Of a stretch of 64,000 nt of DNA, positions 29,596 to 41,598 are shown one piece after another (within the stretch, counting starts at the first letter, position 1; every line of letters starts with the position of its first letter). The notes under the pieces were generated by a model. That model searched no databases. It had not been told where the DNA came from and saw only the letters and a list, made by a program, of their open reading frames with translations. Both the position numbers and the translations under genes were made by a program. Source of the stretch: Utricularia gibba (taxonomy: Eukaryota > Plantae > Magnoliophyta); contig CM007991.1 of NCBI GenBank assembly GCA_002189035.1, positions 2,108,001 to 2,172,000 on the forward strand, given 5' to 3'.

Positions 29596-31709
29596 ATGGA
29601 GGGAACTCCGCACGATGTGCCGAAAACTGTGGATGAAGTCTTCAATGATTTTAAAGGGCGTAGGGCTGGGCTTATCAAAGCGCTAACGACTGGTATTTAC
29701 CCTTGATTTTTTCAAGAAATATCGACTTTTTATGGTTTCTTTGTTTCCTTATCCAAGATTTCTCTTTTTTTCTGGTTTCGCGTATGCATTTGAAACGACT
29801 GGTTACTGATTCTTTTTTTTTTTTGGAATGACCTCCTGTTATGTTGATATCTCCTTTTTTTATTTTTATTTTTTTTGCAGATGTAGACAAGTTTTACAAG
29901 CAGTGTGATCCCGGTGAGTTGGTCTTGTCTCCTTATTTGGGGTTACAGAACCGCTATGGTGTAGGTCCTCCAATTTTCTTCGCATATTTTCTATTTTGTG
30001 TATGAGTCTTAGCTCAAATATTATACTGGAAGAATATGGTGAGTTTGGACCGGTAATAATTCTAGTATTTTCCAGATTCTCTTTTTAAATTTTAGTAGCT
30101 CAAATCTAGATTATTATTTTCTATTTGCATAGTGTCTCCCACGCGTTGACTTGCAAGTTGCTTGTAATGCTGTTCCCTCATCTTTCTCCGTCCCATCTTT
30201 AGCCCCCAGATGTACTCGCTGATTTGCACGTGTTTTTTTTCTCGTGCACTGGACTATTGTTTGTGTTTGCGCGTGTTCCAGAAATCTCCTTGTGTTTTAT
30301 TTCATTCAGATGCCTTTGCGTATTTCATTCTAAGTTTATCATATATGTTCTCGATTCATTCAGCCGCCACTTCTTGCTGCAGCTGAGCAAATCCAAACCT
30401 TCATATGGATAAATTGTTTCAAAAATTAAAAAAAAAACATATTTAAATCTATGCCTTAAGAGGAAACGTTTTGCCTATGAAAAAGTCAAGCACTCGCATT
30501 TGTTCAAAGGCATATGTTTCAGATTGCTTCTAAAGTTTTTGATTGCCATCTCTTGTGGTTGGCGTTACATGATTCCCGCGTGGGCTTTAAAAACAGAAAT
30601 TCTAATTCAAATTTTTGTGGTTGGTCTTTTGATGCACTGGTTAGAGAGTTGGTATTTTTATGCAGTCTATACCCTTAGTATTCAGCCTCATCGCTGCATT
30701 CAAAACCTTCAAAGTTTCGCTGCATAAGTTACCAAGTTATGTACTTCAATTAAGTCTGTTGGTGCTTTTTTGTATTTCTTGCAGATAAGGAGAACCTTTG
30801 TCTATATGCGCTTCCAAATGAGACATGGGAAGTGAATCTCCCGGTTGAAGAAGTGCCTCCTGAACTCCCTGAACCAGCTCTCGGAATAAATTTTGCCCGA
30901 GATGGAATGCAAGTAAAAGACTGGTTGTCTCTTGTTGCAGTTCACAGTGATTCATGGCTTCTTTCTGTCGCATTCTACTTTGGTGCTCGTTTTGGATTTG
31001 GGAAAGCTGATAGGTATTTCCCGTGAAAGCATCCACAGTGATTCACTGCTTCTTTCCGTTGCATTCTACTATGGTGCATTGCACGCCCTTGATGTCTTTT
31101 GGAATGCAAAGCTGAATATCGTAGACCGTTTTTGGGGATTTATGTTTTCTAATATATTTGTGGTTATCTTGGAGACAATCATCGCGGGCTTCTAACAGTG
31201 TTTGAATTTTTTTTTTTTTTTTTTTTTTTTTTTGCAGGAAGAGACTTTTCCAACTGATTAATGAACTACCAACTGTGTTCGAAGTTGTATCTGGTTCTGC
31301 TAAACAGAAAAAAGAGCAAGCTTCTGCCCCAAATAACGGCAATAACAGCAAATCCAGTAGCAGAATGGTAAATACCTTTGTCTTTAGGAACTTTCGGCTG
31401 CTCCTAGATTTTGTAATTTTCATTTCTCTCTCTTTTTTTTAGCCATCGTCAAAAGCAAGTAAGATGTCTGCACCAAAGGATGAGGATGAGAGTGGTGCCG
31501 AGGAAGAGGATGAGGAAGAGGATGATGAACAAGGGGGTACATTATGTGGTGCCTGCGGTGATAATTATGCAACTGACGAGTTCTGGATATGCTGCGATAT
31601 CTGTGAAAGATGGTTCCATGGAAAATGCGTGAAGATCACCCCTGCAAAAGCCGAACATATCAAGCAATACAAATGTCCTACTTGCAGCAACAAAAGAGCC
31701 AGAGTTTAA
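29596..31709 (+). CDS. AL: Alfin-like PHD finger protein
   Basis: Alfin (DUF3594) domain [22 protein letters not shown]...[18 protein letters not shown] and C-terminal [51 protein letters not shown]. 5 exons. Confidence 0.97.
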
Positions 31710-32299
31710 TCCATCAAGGTTACATGGATGCTAGAAATTTTAGAATTCTTAGGTTTCAACAGATGTTGCGTCAATGTTGTGTTCCGGGATTCCTGGCCTC
31801 TCTGTTTATGTCAATCGACATCTTCAAACTTGTGCTCGTACGGTTTATGTTATCTATGAACTCAAATTATGAAAATATCATCTTCTTTTTCTCAACTTTG
31901 TAAGGGGTCCAAGATTCAGTGTGTTGCATGATGTAACAACAAATCTTATCCTATTGTGTTTCTGGCTGCAATTATTTATGTTTTTATATAAAGGGATAAG
32001 TTTGATAGCATTGGACCTTCTTCTGTGGAAGAAAATTAGGGAGACCTGGAAATGAACTGGTCCTTGAACCTCCAAATCCCGAAGGCCCTGCCTTGTTTAT
32101 CCCCTTCCCATGAACCCAAGACCCGTTGTTTATCTATTTCTTGTTCACAGAAAGAAACCCATAAGAATTCCCATGCAAGAAACCAGGTTTCTGTCAGTGA
32201 AAAACCATGAATTTGCGCACAGCAGCTGAAAAATCTTCTCATTCTTCTTGTCTTTGTTGTAGGCAAATGTGAAAAGCAACTTGCTTAGTGTGGCGGGTC

Positions 32300-33600
32300 A
32301 AATCTCAGGGATTTTAGCTACGGTATGGAAAAGAAACTGAGCTGATCCTTTTCCATTCAGATGCTTGAGTTTCCAGATATGAAAATGAACTGAAACAGAT
32401 TGCGGAACCAGCTTTGGCTGTGACCGGAGAAAATGAGGAAATAGACTGGAATTGGACTTTGATTCAGTTGGGAATCTCAGCCTTCTTTTACTTCATTCTC
32501 TGCCCGGTTAGTGCTGTCAGAAAAGATAAATGTTTTGAGTCCCTTCATGTTCTAAACTTTGCAATTGCAGCCCATCATCCTGAACTGGCTTAGAACCAGA
32601 TGGTACAAGAGGAGTTTCATTGAGATGTACTTTCAGTTCATGTTTGTTTTCATCTTTTTTCCTGGGTAAGACATCTTCCCTCATGAAGAAATCCATATCA
32701 TAAAATATGCTCCCAAGTTGCGCAGAACAAACATGAGATTTCGACAAAATGATTTGGGTCTTGCAAAGTGTATAGCGATTGACATGCATTCATCTTGGTC
32801 GTTGTCATGTGAAAAATCTGTTTATATGATTGGTGTTGTGAGCAGGTTGCTTCTTTGGGTGCCATTTGTGAACATTAGGAAGTTCCCTCGCGATCCATCC
32901 ATGAAGTACCCATGGTCAACGCCTGCAAATCCTTCTGAGATCAAAGGTGGCTTCTTGAAATACCCTTGGGCTCAACCAGAAGACTACGAGTAACCCAAGC
33001 TTGTAGGATTTCCAAATGAGATTACATCATTGTTTTGTAAAGAGACAATGGCTGGATGAAGTCATCTTGTGAGAGTGTTCTATTTTTCCACAGTAGGCGT
33101 TGGATCACAGCACCCCATCTGTTACATTAAACAGAGTTGACGATGAAGATTTCTCAGTACCCATAGCTCAAGTAGCCTTTCAGCGCCCCTTTGACTGACA
33201 AAAAATGGTTCTTTCTCGGATTTTGCAGAAGTAAACTCCCGGAAAAAATAACCCGTCATTTTGACGAACTTAGCCACCAGTTGTCCATAGAGCGACCTTC
33301 TCTCCAACCTTCTCGTCCATTGCGATTTGCGCCTGGCAAACTCTGCGACGGCGGCTACGGAGTTGGATACATGGTTTTGAGATTGGGCCGCCTAGGCACG
33401 AAAGAAAGTTGAAATTGGGCTGTCGTTCAATCTCTATCAGCCCATTGGCTGGGAGTCGGAATTCTATGAGGATGTCATCGGCTTTACGTCGGAAACAGGA
33501 ATCCTGCACAACCCCGGTCATGTCGGCCGGTGAGGATTGATTAGGATTCCCATACTCCCGATCGCTTGGACCCAATGGTATGCATCCATTAGTGGTTTAA
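32300..33600 (-). pseudogene. Unassigned coding-like remnant, possibly a degenerate B3/ARF-like gene
   Basis: Candidate 231-nt exon 33391-33161 with a polypyrimidine+AG acceptor, a GT donor and an open phase-0 frame. It ends FFREFTSAKSEKEPFFVSQRGAERLLELW, loosely like ARF [30 protein letters not shown]. A downstream fragment GTQRSNLLTT is loosely like GQPKRHLLTT. No complete gene model could be built. Confidence 0.25.
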
Positions 33601-33768
33601 CGCCCAGCTCATAATTTAGGGAGTGATTTTCGAAGTTTTCTCTGTGCTTCCAACCCTGTGCTTTTTTGTTCTTTTTAATGAGAAGACCCTTTTTCTCTTT
33701 CTTCAACCAGCGCTTGTCATCTTGAGGTTTCTTTTGGTTTCTCTTACCTGGGGAGATTTATTTGAGCC

Positions 33769-36700
33769 ATGGAAGTCGATTTGGTAACCGATGAGGCATC
33801 AGACGATGAGAATTTCAGTTTGGATTGTAACTCCGAGGCAAATGTGAGAAACCCGCGTGCTACTTCTTTTTCTTTCTCTTAGTTCTCTCCCGAAATCTTC
33901 TCGGAATTCATGTTCGTGAATCGGAGATGTGCGTTTCCTGAACATGGTTGCTTTTATATCTTCACCAGAATTATTCAAGTTTTGAAGGTGAAAGATGTGG
34001 GATATGTATGGAGGTTGTGATCGATCAAGGAGTGCTCGATTGCTGCCAGCATTGGTAGGTGCATCATAATTGGTGCTCTTTCTTTGAATTTCTTGTTCGT
34101 CTACCAAAACCTTTGAATCTACAGTTTCTGTATCTTTTCCTAGAAGGGTAGTTCTCAATGCATATTTTTCGTGATCATTGCCCAGGTTCTGCTTTACTTG
34201 CATTGACAACTGGTCTACAATTACAAACCTTTGTCCTCTTTGCCAGAACGAGTTTCAACTAATAACTTGTGTACCTGTGAGTAAAAAATTTTCTTGCTTT
34301 ACTTTCTATGTCATTAATAGCACCATATTGCATGCAAAACTGCTACCTTGTGAGTGACACATGATATATTGAGTCGAAACACTTCTTCTGTTACTAAGTT
34401 GTTGTATTTAAGTCGTGAAATTTTCTGTAGTTTAATTCTCATATAAGGTACTTGACTGCTAAGCCTGTTATTTCTTCTAAGTACTTTTGAAGGTATTTGA
34501 TACAGTTGGTGGAAACCATACAGATGACGAGTCAAATTTAAGGTATGCTCGCATGATATTTCTAATTTAGCCTATGATGGCTGCTACTCTTTTGTAGTAA
34601 CCAAAGGATTAGGTGATCACGACAGTTGTTTACCGTCTTCCCTGTTTTGTTGCAGTGATGATGACTGGTTTATCGAAGGGAAAAACAGTGCTCTTTCTTT
34701 TCCTTCATATTATATTGATGAAAATGTATGTTCTAGTCTACGCTTTTCTGGTTGACTTGTTTCCAAATCGTTTTTTAATACTTCCTGATCTTAACAATCT
34801 ATGTGCCTTCGAATTTCTTGGGGTGTTTGTGTGGAGGTGTAGTTCCACTTCGTAGAAATGCCATTAGAATGTAATATTTACCTAAACTAGACAGGTCATT
34901 TCCACCGTTAAGCACATTCAACTGTTCAGTTGCCTTTAATGATCTGCCTTTTATCTACTTTTGATCATCATGCAACTCTTACACGTTCTTTAGTTCCACG
35001 TCTAATTTTGACTGTCCTATTGCAGACAGTGCTCTGCTTGGGGGAGGACAGCTGCAAAATCCGGAATGGATCAGTTGCAATTGAAGACGAATCTGATATT
35101 GATACATCTATTGCTTGTGATTCTTGTGACAAATGGTATGCATGACCCGCTATATGCTTTGAAAGTTTGGAAGCATTCTTGTAGGTGGACGTCGCTAATG
35201 CCTTTTTATGCAATGGTTGTGCTTATTTGGAACATATTTTGTCCCTTTCTTTTCTACTAATGATATTCGTACAATGAATGAGGATATGATAGATTTCGAT
35301 CTTATTTAACTGCTCATTGATTCAATTTCATGCTTCTACAGGCAACTCATTTTTTTTATTCATGCATTTCAGGTATCATGCCTTTTGTGTTGGATTTGAT
35401 CCTGAGGCAAGCTGTGACAACTCGTGGCTCTGCCCTAGGTACATCAACTGTAAACTAGGCACCTTCATCATTGTTGTGAGTTTACCGGTGGTTTGTCCGT
35501 TTTGTACTTAATTTGGAGATTCTGTGCATCATGATTCAGTTGTACCAACGATCAGCGCCCAAGAAAGGCAGGAAAGTTTTCAATACATGGGGGTGATCAA
35601 ATACTTGAGGCTTCTACCTCCACAGGAGTATCAGCTCCCGATGTGGATGCAGAGGAGGCAGCGATTTCTGCTTCAGTGGTTGATGGACAACAAACAAACC
35701 AAGAATCAGATGAGCTACTTGTGTGTAGAAAAGATGAGGAAATTACTTGGCCATGGGATTCTGTATCCAATGGGCTAATGTTAGAAGCACAGCAAATCAG
35801 CATAACTGATTCTGAATCCGATGTTTGTCAAAGTGGAATGAGACTTCCTCTGCCGGTAGAGAAATGGGACACTTCATTACTAATTTCCTCTGATCCTCAA
35901 CTTGGTCTTCAGGACAGTGGTGTGACAGGTGACTTTGAATTCTGAGACTTCTACCACTTCCACGTTTCCAGTATCTTCTTTTTGTTATCTCTTTGAGCTT
36001 TTATTGCTTTAGCGAATGGCCAAGAAGATACCGCACAGCCAGCTTCCATGCCAATATTGGTAGAGCCAGCTGACTGTTTAAAAATTATTCCGCCAGGTAT
36101 GTGATGGATTATACGAAAAAATGTGAAACCACTTCCTTAGCCTATCTCTGCATATGCATCGAGCATATGATGTATCCGTGCTTTAAATTTTTTTTTTTTC
36201 TGACTGTTTTCATCACGGTGCATGGTTCCAGATGACAATGCAGAATTCTCACCAGAAACTCTGGTATCCCATGATACGGAGGTTGCTAGTAAAATTGGTC
36301 GTAAACGAAAGCTCATAGGTAGCAGGTTGGTATTCTGTTGAAATGAGCTGTGTCCGATGTCCTCTGCAATCAACTTCTCTTGTGTCCTTCTCATTTACTA
36401 GACGTTTATCATAGAGTTTTTTGTCTGTTTTAGTGAAACAAATGATGAAGAAGCTGATATTACTAACAAAAAATTCAAAGCGGATGGAAACAGTCAGTCT
36501 GTCAATTCATTGGAGGAGCTATCTGAGGCTGTTTCGGGTGATTCTGATTCATTTTCAAGTCCTAGGGAAGATGGTGGTTTTGACATACTGGATATCATTA
36601 AGGAACCGGACAAAAGATCACATGACAACTCCAGCATAAGTGAAAGAGAAACCAACTCGGCATTAAGACTCAAAAAAATCATGAGAGTAGCTGGTGATGA

Positions 36701-39054
36701 GAAAGATTCTTCATTGCAGGAGATCAGGGATAAGATCAGAGAAGCTGTTCGTAACAAGTCATCAAATGAGTTAGGCAAAAATCTATTTGATCCAAAACTT
36801 TTAGCTGCTTTCAGAGCTGCTATGGCTGGATCTGCAGCTGAGAATAGGAAACCTATAGTTGATGTAAAAGCTAAGAGGTCTTTTCTTCAGAAGGGAAAGG
36901 TGCGTGAGAGTCTGACAAAAAAGATATATGGGACTGGGGGAAAGAGACGGCGGGCTTGGACTCGAGATTGTGAAGTTGAGTTTTGGAAGCACCGTTGTGT
37001 CAATGCATCGAAACCAGAAAGAGTGGAGACGTTGCAGGCAGTTTTGGATATGCTTAGAGCTACAGATGACCCAAACTCAAAGTCCGCGCCTGAAAAAGAG
37101 GAGGAGGAGGAGGAGAAGCCTTCTCCTCTACTTGGGCGACTGTATTTAGCTGACACATCAGTTTTCCCAAGGAAGGAAGATGCTGTACCTTTGTCTACTC
37201 TTGAAGCTGATGAAGAACCCAGAAAACTTTCTGCGTCAGTATCTAGCAGATCCCTGAACAAAGATGTGCAGCGACATGTTAGTGCAAATTCATGCAGTGT
37301 CAAAGGCAAAAAACCTGGAACACCCCGGGATGCACAGAAAACGGGAGACACTAAAAGTTTACTCTCCTCAGCAGCTCTTGGCAAGAAGGCGTGTGCAGAC
37401 AAGGACAAGCCTGTTGAATCTGACATTAAGGGTGACAAAAGAAAGTGGGCCTTGGAGGTTTTGGCCAGGAAAGCGGTGGCATCAGGCAGTACCACAAGAG
37501 AGAAAGAAGCGAACAGCACAATTCTCAAAGGAAATTTCCCTTTAATGGTATGTTCCAAAATCTTCCGAATTTCAAGACACCAAGAATTCTGATAAGCTCT
37601 ATAACTTGTTCACTGCATGACCAGGCTCAACTTCCTGACGATATGAGACCTGTTTTGGCTGCCTGTCGTCACAATAAAATCCCAGGCTCGGTTAGGCAGG
37701 TACTCACAAACTGTCTTCCCATGTCATTGGAGTGCTGCTCATAGGCTTCATTTTATGGCTTTTGTGAATGCATCCGATGAGATGAGATATAATCTCAGTG
37801 TGCTGTTTTCTGATGTTTTACGATAAAACTCAACCTATGTCACAGGTTCAACTCTATCGTCTTTCGGAGCATTTTCTGAAGAAATTAAACTTGTCAGTCT
37901 TCCGTAGAACTGCTGAAACTGAGTTGGCCGTCGCAGATGCCATCAATATTGAAAAACAAGTTGCTGATAAATCAAACAGCAAGCTTGTGTACTTGAATCT
38001 GTGTTCCCAGGAGCTATTGCGAAGATCAGATGATATGAGCTCTAACAGAGCTCAAGAAGCAAATCCATGCTCCACTTCAGGATGGCCCTCGGAAACCATA
38101 GAAACTGATAAGTGTGCTTCAGGTTCAGAAGTCGATGAGGCTCTTAGAAAAGCTGGTCTTATGCTGGATTCTCCTCCAAGTAGTCCCAAATCCGATCGTG
38201 TTGGGTCTAAGGTGGCTAGTGAAGTAGGCATACTTGAAAAGCATGATGCAGAAGTGCCTGACCATGTACTTGATGCTGCTACTCTTCCGGAGGCAGATAC
38301 TAACGTGGACTCTGAGCCCAAGTTGGAGGACGCTGACCTCATCAGTGCTGCTTCCAAGAACGCCTCACTTCAACAGTCGGAGCCACCAAAGATGGAAGTT
38401 CTTGATCTCCCGGGGCCTGATTTTCCGGTAGCTGAACACCTGAATCCAACAAAAATCCAGAATGGAGATCTCGGTGAAGACATTCATATGGTTCCAAGGT
38501 CTTCTGTTGGCAACGATGTGGAGCTTTCTCATGATGAACGCAAAGAGGTGTGTGGAACTGATACAGGGCCAGATGATGCGAAGTGTCCTGGAACCACTTC
38601 CACACCTCCATCCAAAAATGCTGAAAAGAACGGATCCCTTGAACCAAAAGCTGACTGCACAAACAGCAATTCCAATGCCGAGACCAAGAGGAGGACGGCT
38701 GCTACACAAGACACACCACAATCAACAGACACTAGTTCAGTAATGAAAAAAGTAATGCTTTTACCTAGAAACGATTATGTAACTGTGCCCCTGGCTTGTG
38801 TTTACTTTATTCTGCTACCCTGTTCGCAGGTGGAAGCATACATCAAGGAACACTTGAGGCCACTCTGCAAAAGTGGCGTGATATCAGTTGAACAGTACAG
38901 ATGGGCAGTTGGAAAAACAACTGAGAAGGTTATGAAGTATCACGCCAAGGAGAAGAATGCAAATTTCTTGATAAGGGAAGGGGAGAAGGTGAAGAAACTG
39001 GCATGGCAGTATGTGGAAGCTAGCCAGCACAAGCCCAAGAATCAAGACATGTGA
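33769..39054 (+). CDS. RING + PHD finger protein, At4g10930-like, with a C-terminal helical domain
   Basis: RING CGICMEVVIDQGVLDCCQHWFCFTCIDNWSTITNLCPLC, PHD C..IACDSCDKWYHAFCVGFD...WLCP, central FLQKGKVRESLTKKIYG...WTRDCEVEFWKH and C-terminal YIKEHLRPLCKSGVISVEQYRWAV. About 13 exons traced in frame. Confidence 0.9.
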
Positions 39055-39296
39055 TACACGTTTTGAAGTTCCAGGCATCTTCCATCTTTCAAGTATCACG
39101 TTGTAAAATGAGAGGCAACAGAAGTCGATCCACGTGCTAAATTTTATATAAAATATTTATTAATTTGTGAGAAAATATAAATTAAAAATCGCTATTTATC
39201 TACATCGTGGTCTTTTTAAGTATGAAGGATTCTCCGGTCTGAGTGCGGTTCAAGTAAACGGAGCCGGTCGTCGAAATTCATTTACTCTTCATCCCG

Positions 39297-41352
39297 ATGA
39301 AAATGTCCGATCATGAGGCGGCGGCAAGTGAAGAAGATGCTCTTAGCCTCAAAGACATGGCGGTGGAGAGGTACGTATCTGGAGACCTTCAGTCTGCTTT
39401 AACTCACGCTAAGCGCGCGACAGAGCTTCGGCCGTCCCTCGAGGGCCTACCCGAAATGGTTTTGGCCTTGGAAATTCTCGTCGCAGCAACTCCCGTGTTT
39501 CATGACGACCAGAATTCTCATCCTGACTACTACAAAATTCTTCGGGTAGATCGTTTTTCGCACATGAATACGATCAAGAAGCAATACAAGAATCTGGCTT
39601 TAATCCTGCACCCAGATAAAAGTTCGTTTTCAGCGTCTGAGGAGGCGTTTAAACTCTTAGGGGAAGCGATGCAGGTGCTTTCGGATAAGGTGAGAAGGAA
39701 AGAGTATGATATAAGGCTTAGGCTCGCAATGCAGTCAGAGGCGGTGAATGAGGTGGAATTGGGTTCGTGGAGAGGACCTTTTCAGCTACTTGCTGTTTTT
39801 GTCAGTTTTTGCATCAGTTCGAGAAGAAATTTTGGGGGCAAAATTTGATGTGTCGTAGGTGTAAGAAGAGTTTCAAGGCGGCAGAGATTGAGGGGGAGGA
39901 GAAAATGAGAACTGCAGAGACTAGGACAAGCTCTAGAATTAGGGAGCGCGTTGAAAGGGGTGCTGATGTTGAGAAGTTTGCATCTGTAGATAAGGGGAGG
40001 ACCTCTGGTCTAAGGAAGGGCTTGGAGAGAGGTGGGGTGAAGAAGGGTTTGGAGGAAGATGCTCTCTTTTTGAAAGATTTGGTGCCCAAGAGAGTTAGTA
40101 GATGTCTTGAAACTGGTGGTGTCAATGGGAAACCCGAGATTTCGAATGAAGCTGTGGATGGGGATGAGTTGGTTGAGAAGAAGAGAGCAATGGGAAAGAA
40201 GGATAGAGAGTCAGACGTGATGACATTGTTTGAAATGCGTATGTTGATGAAGAAGAGGAAGAAGGGTAGGAAGAATTCAATCTTGAAAGATGAAGTTAAT
40301 GCAAAGGAAGGTAGTAGTGATGGCGTTACGGAAGACGAGTGTTCGAATCAAAATAAAAAGAGAACTGGATCCCCTAGGAGTGATGAGGAAGGAATTTGGA
40401 GTCAAGAGAATGAAATAGAACATGGGGAAGTGGAAAAGAATACAAATGGTAGAGATACGGTTTCTCTGAATGTGGAGGTTGAGGCAGATATATCGTCATT
40501 GCAACATACTTCTGCATTACCAGTCGGCAATGCAGACAAAAATGTGATGGGGAAGTATCAGGAAACAGGTGAAAAGAAACAGTCAAGAGTCAGACGCAGA
40601 GTGTCCAAGTATGGCAGTTCAGACAATGTAAAAGCATCAGCCATTGAAGACTTGGGCAATCAGAAAACTCTCTCCCCATAAGCAGTACAACTTTCCACGA
40701 TTTTAACAAGGAGAGAGGAACAAGACGCCATAGGAAAGGTCAAGTCTTAGCAATGTATGATCAGAAAAATGGTATTCCCAGGCAGTATGCTCTGATCGAT
40801 GAAGTTATTTCCACAAGGCCTTTCGAAGCAACATTGAGCATGTTGCAGTTTCACAGCATTGGAGACAATGGACCTCCAACACCTAAGGGGTTCCACTTCT
40901 CATGTGGAAGCTTTAGAGTTTCCCATAAAGTTTCCATCAACCATCTGAACTCCATCTCCCATGTAATGGATTGTGAAAGGGCAGCTCGACATGTTTACAG
41001 AGTATACCCCAAGAAAGGCTCAGTTTGGGCATTGCACCGGAATCCCAGTTCTGAAAGCCAAGGAAGCAACCAGAATGCAGAATCCTACACCCTGTGTGTG
41101 ATCCTAAGCAGCTACAGTGATACATATGGGGTGAGTTTGGCAGATCTTGAGAAAGTGAATGGATTCAAGACAATTTTCAGGAGGCAGGAGATTGGAGCTA
41201 GAGGCGTGCGATGCTTAGGAAAGCAGGATATTCAGCTATTTTCCCACCAAATCCCTGCAAAACGACTAACTGGTGAAAAGGCTTTAGGACTACCCGAGGA
41301 GGACTGTTGGGAACTTGACCCCGTTTCTATACCAGGTTGTGAAAATAATTAA
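39297..41352 (+). CDS. DnaJ-domain protein with zinc-ribbon-like and DUF3444 domains (two apparent frameshifts)
   Basis: J domain with HPD (DYYKILRV...LALILHPDK), CxxC...CxxC, and DUF3444 (FHDFNKER...KGQVLAMYD..NGIPRQYA; WELDP). Split over three ORFs, each offset by -1. No intron signals at the junctions. Confidence 0.85.
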
Positions 41353-41598
41353 AATTTGGAGATATAAAATTATATTATTATAAGATTATTGTTATTTTTT
41401 CTTTATTGGATAAAAAATAATAGGGGAATATGGAGTTGCGACTTGCGAGGCTCAATAAATAGCAACGGTACGGCCTCTGTGGATCCTGGAGTGCTAGTGC
41501 ATGCCCCTTCTTCTCCTCATGCTTCTAAATCGCAGACTTCCGAAAATTTTGGGGGGTTCGCCGATCTAATCAATTGTTCAACGACGGGAGTAGCTCCC

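Noticed and set aside
33838-33850. GC donor after exon 1 of the RING-PHD gene (GAG|GCAAAT)
   Set aside because: An in-frame GT donor (AAT|GTGAGA) lies 6 nt downstream, so GC use is not required.
36887-37558. 223-aa minus-strand ORF and other antisense ORFs over RING-PHD, RLP, PK and SKS
   Set aside because: They are explained by codon bias of the sense-strand genes.
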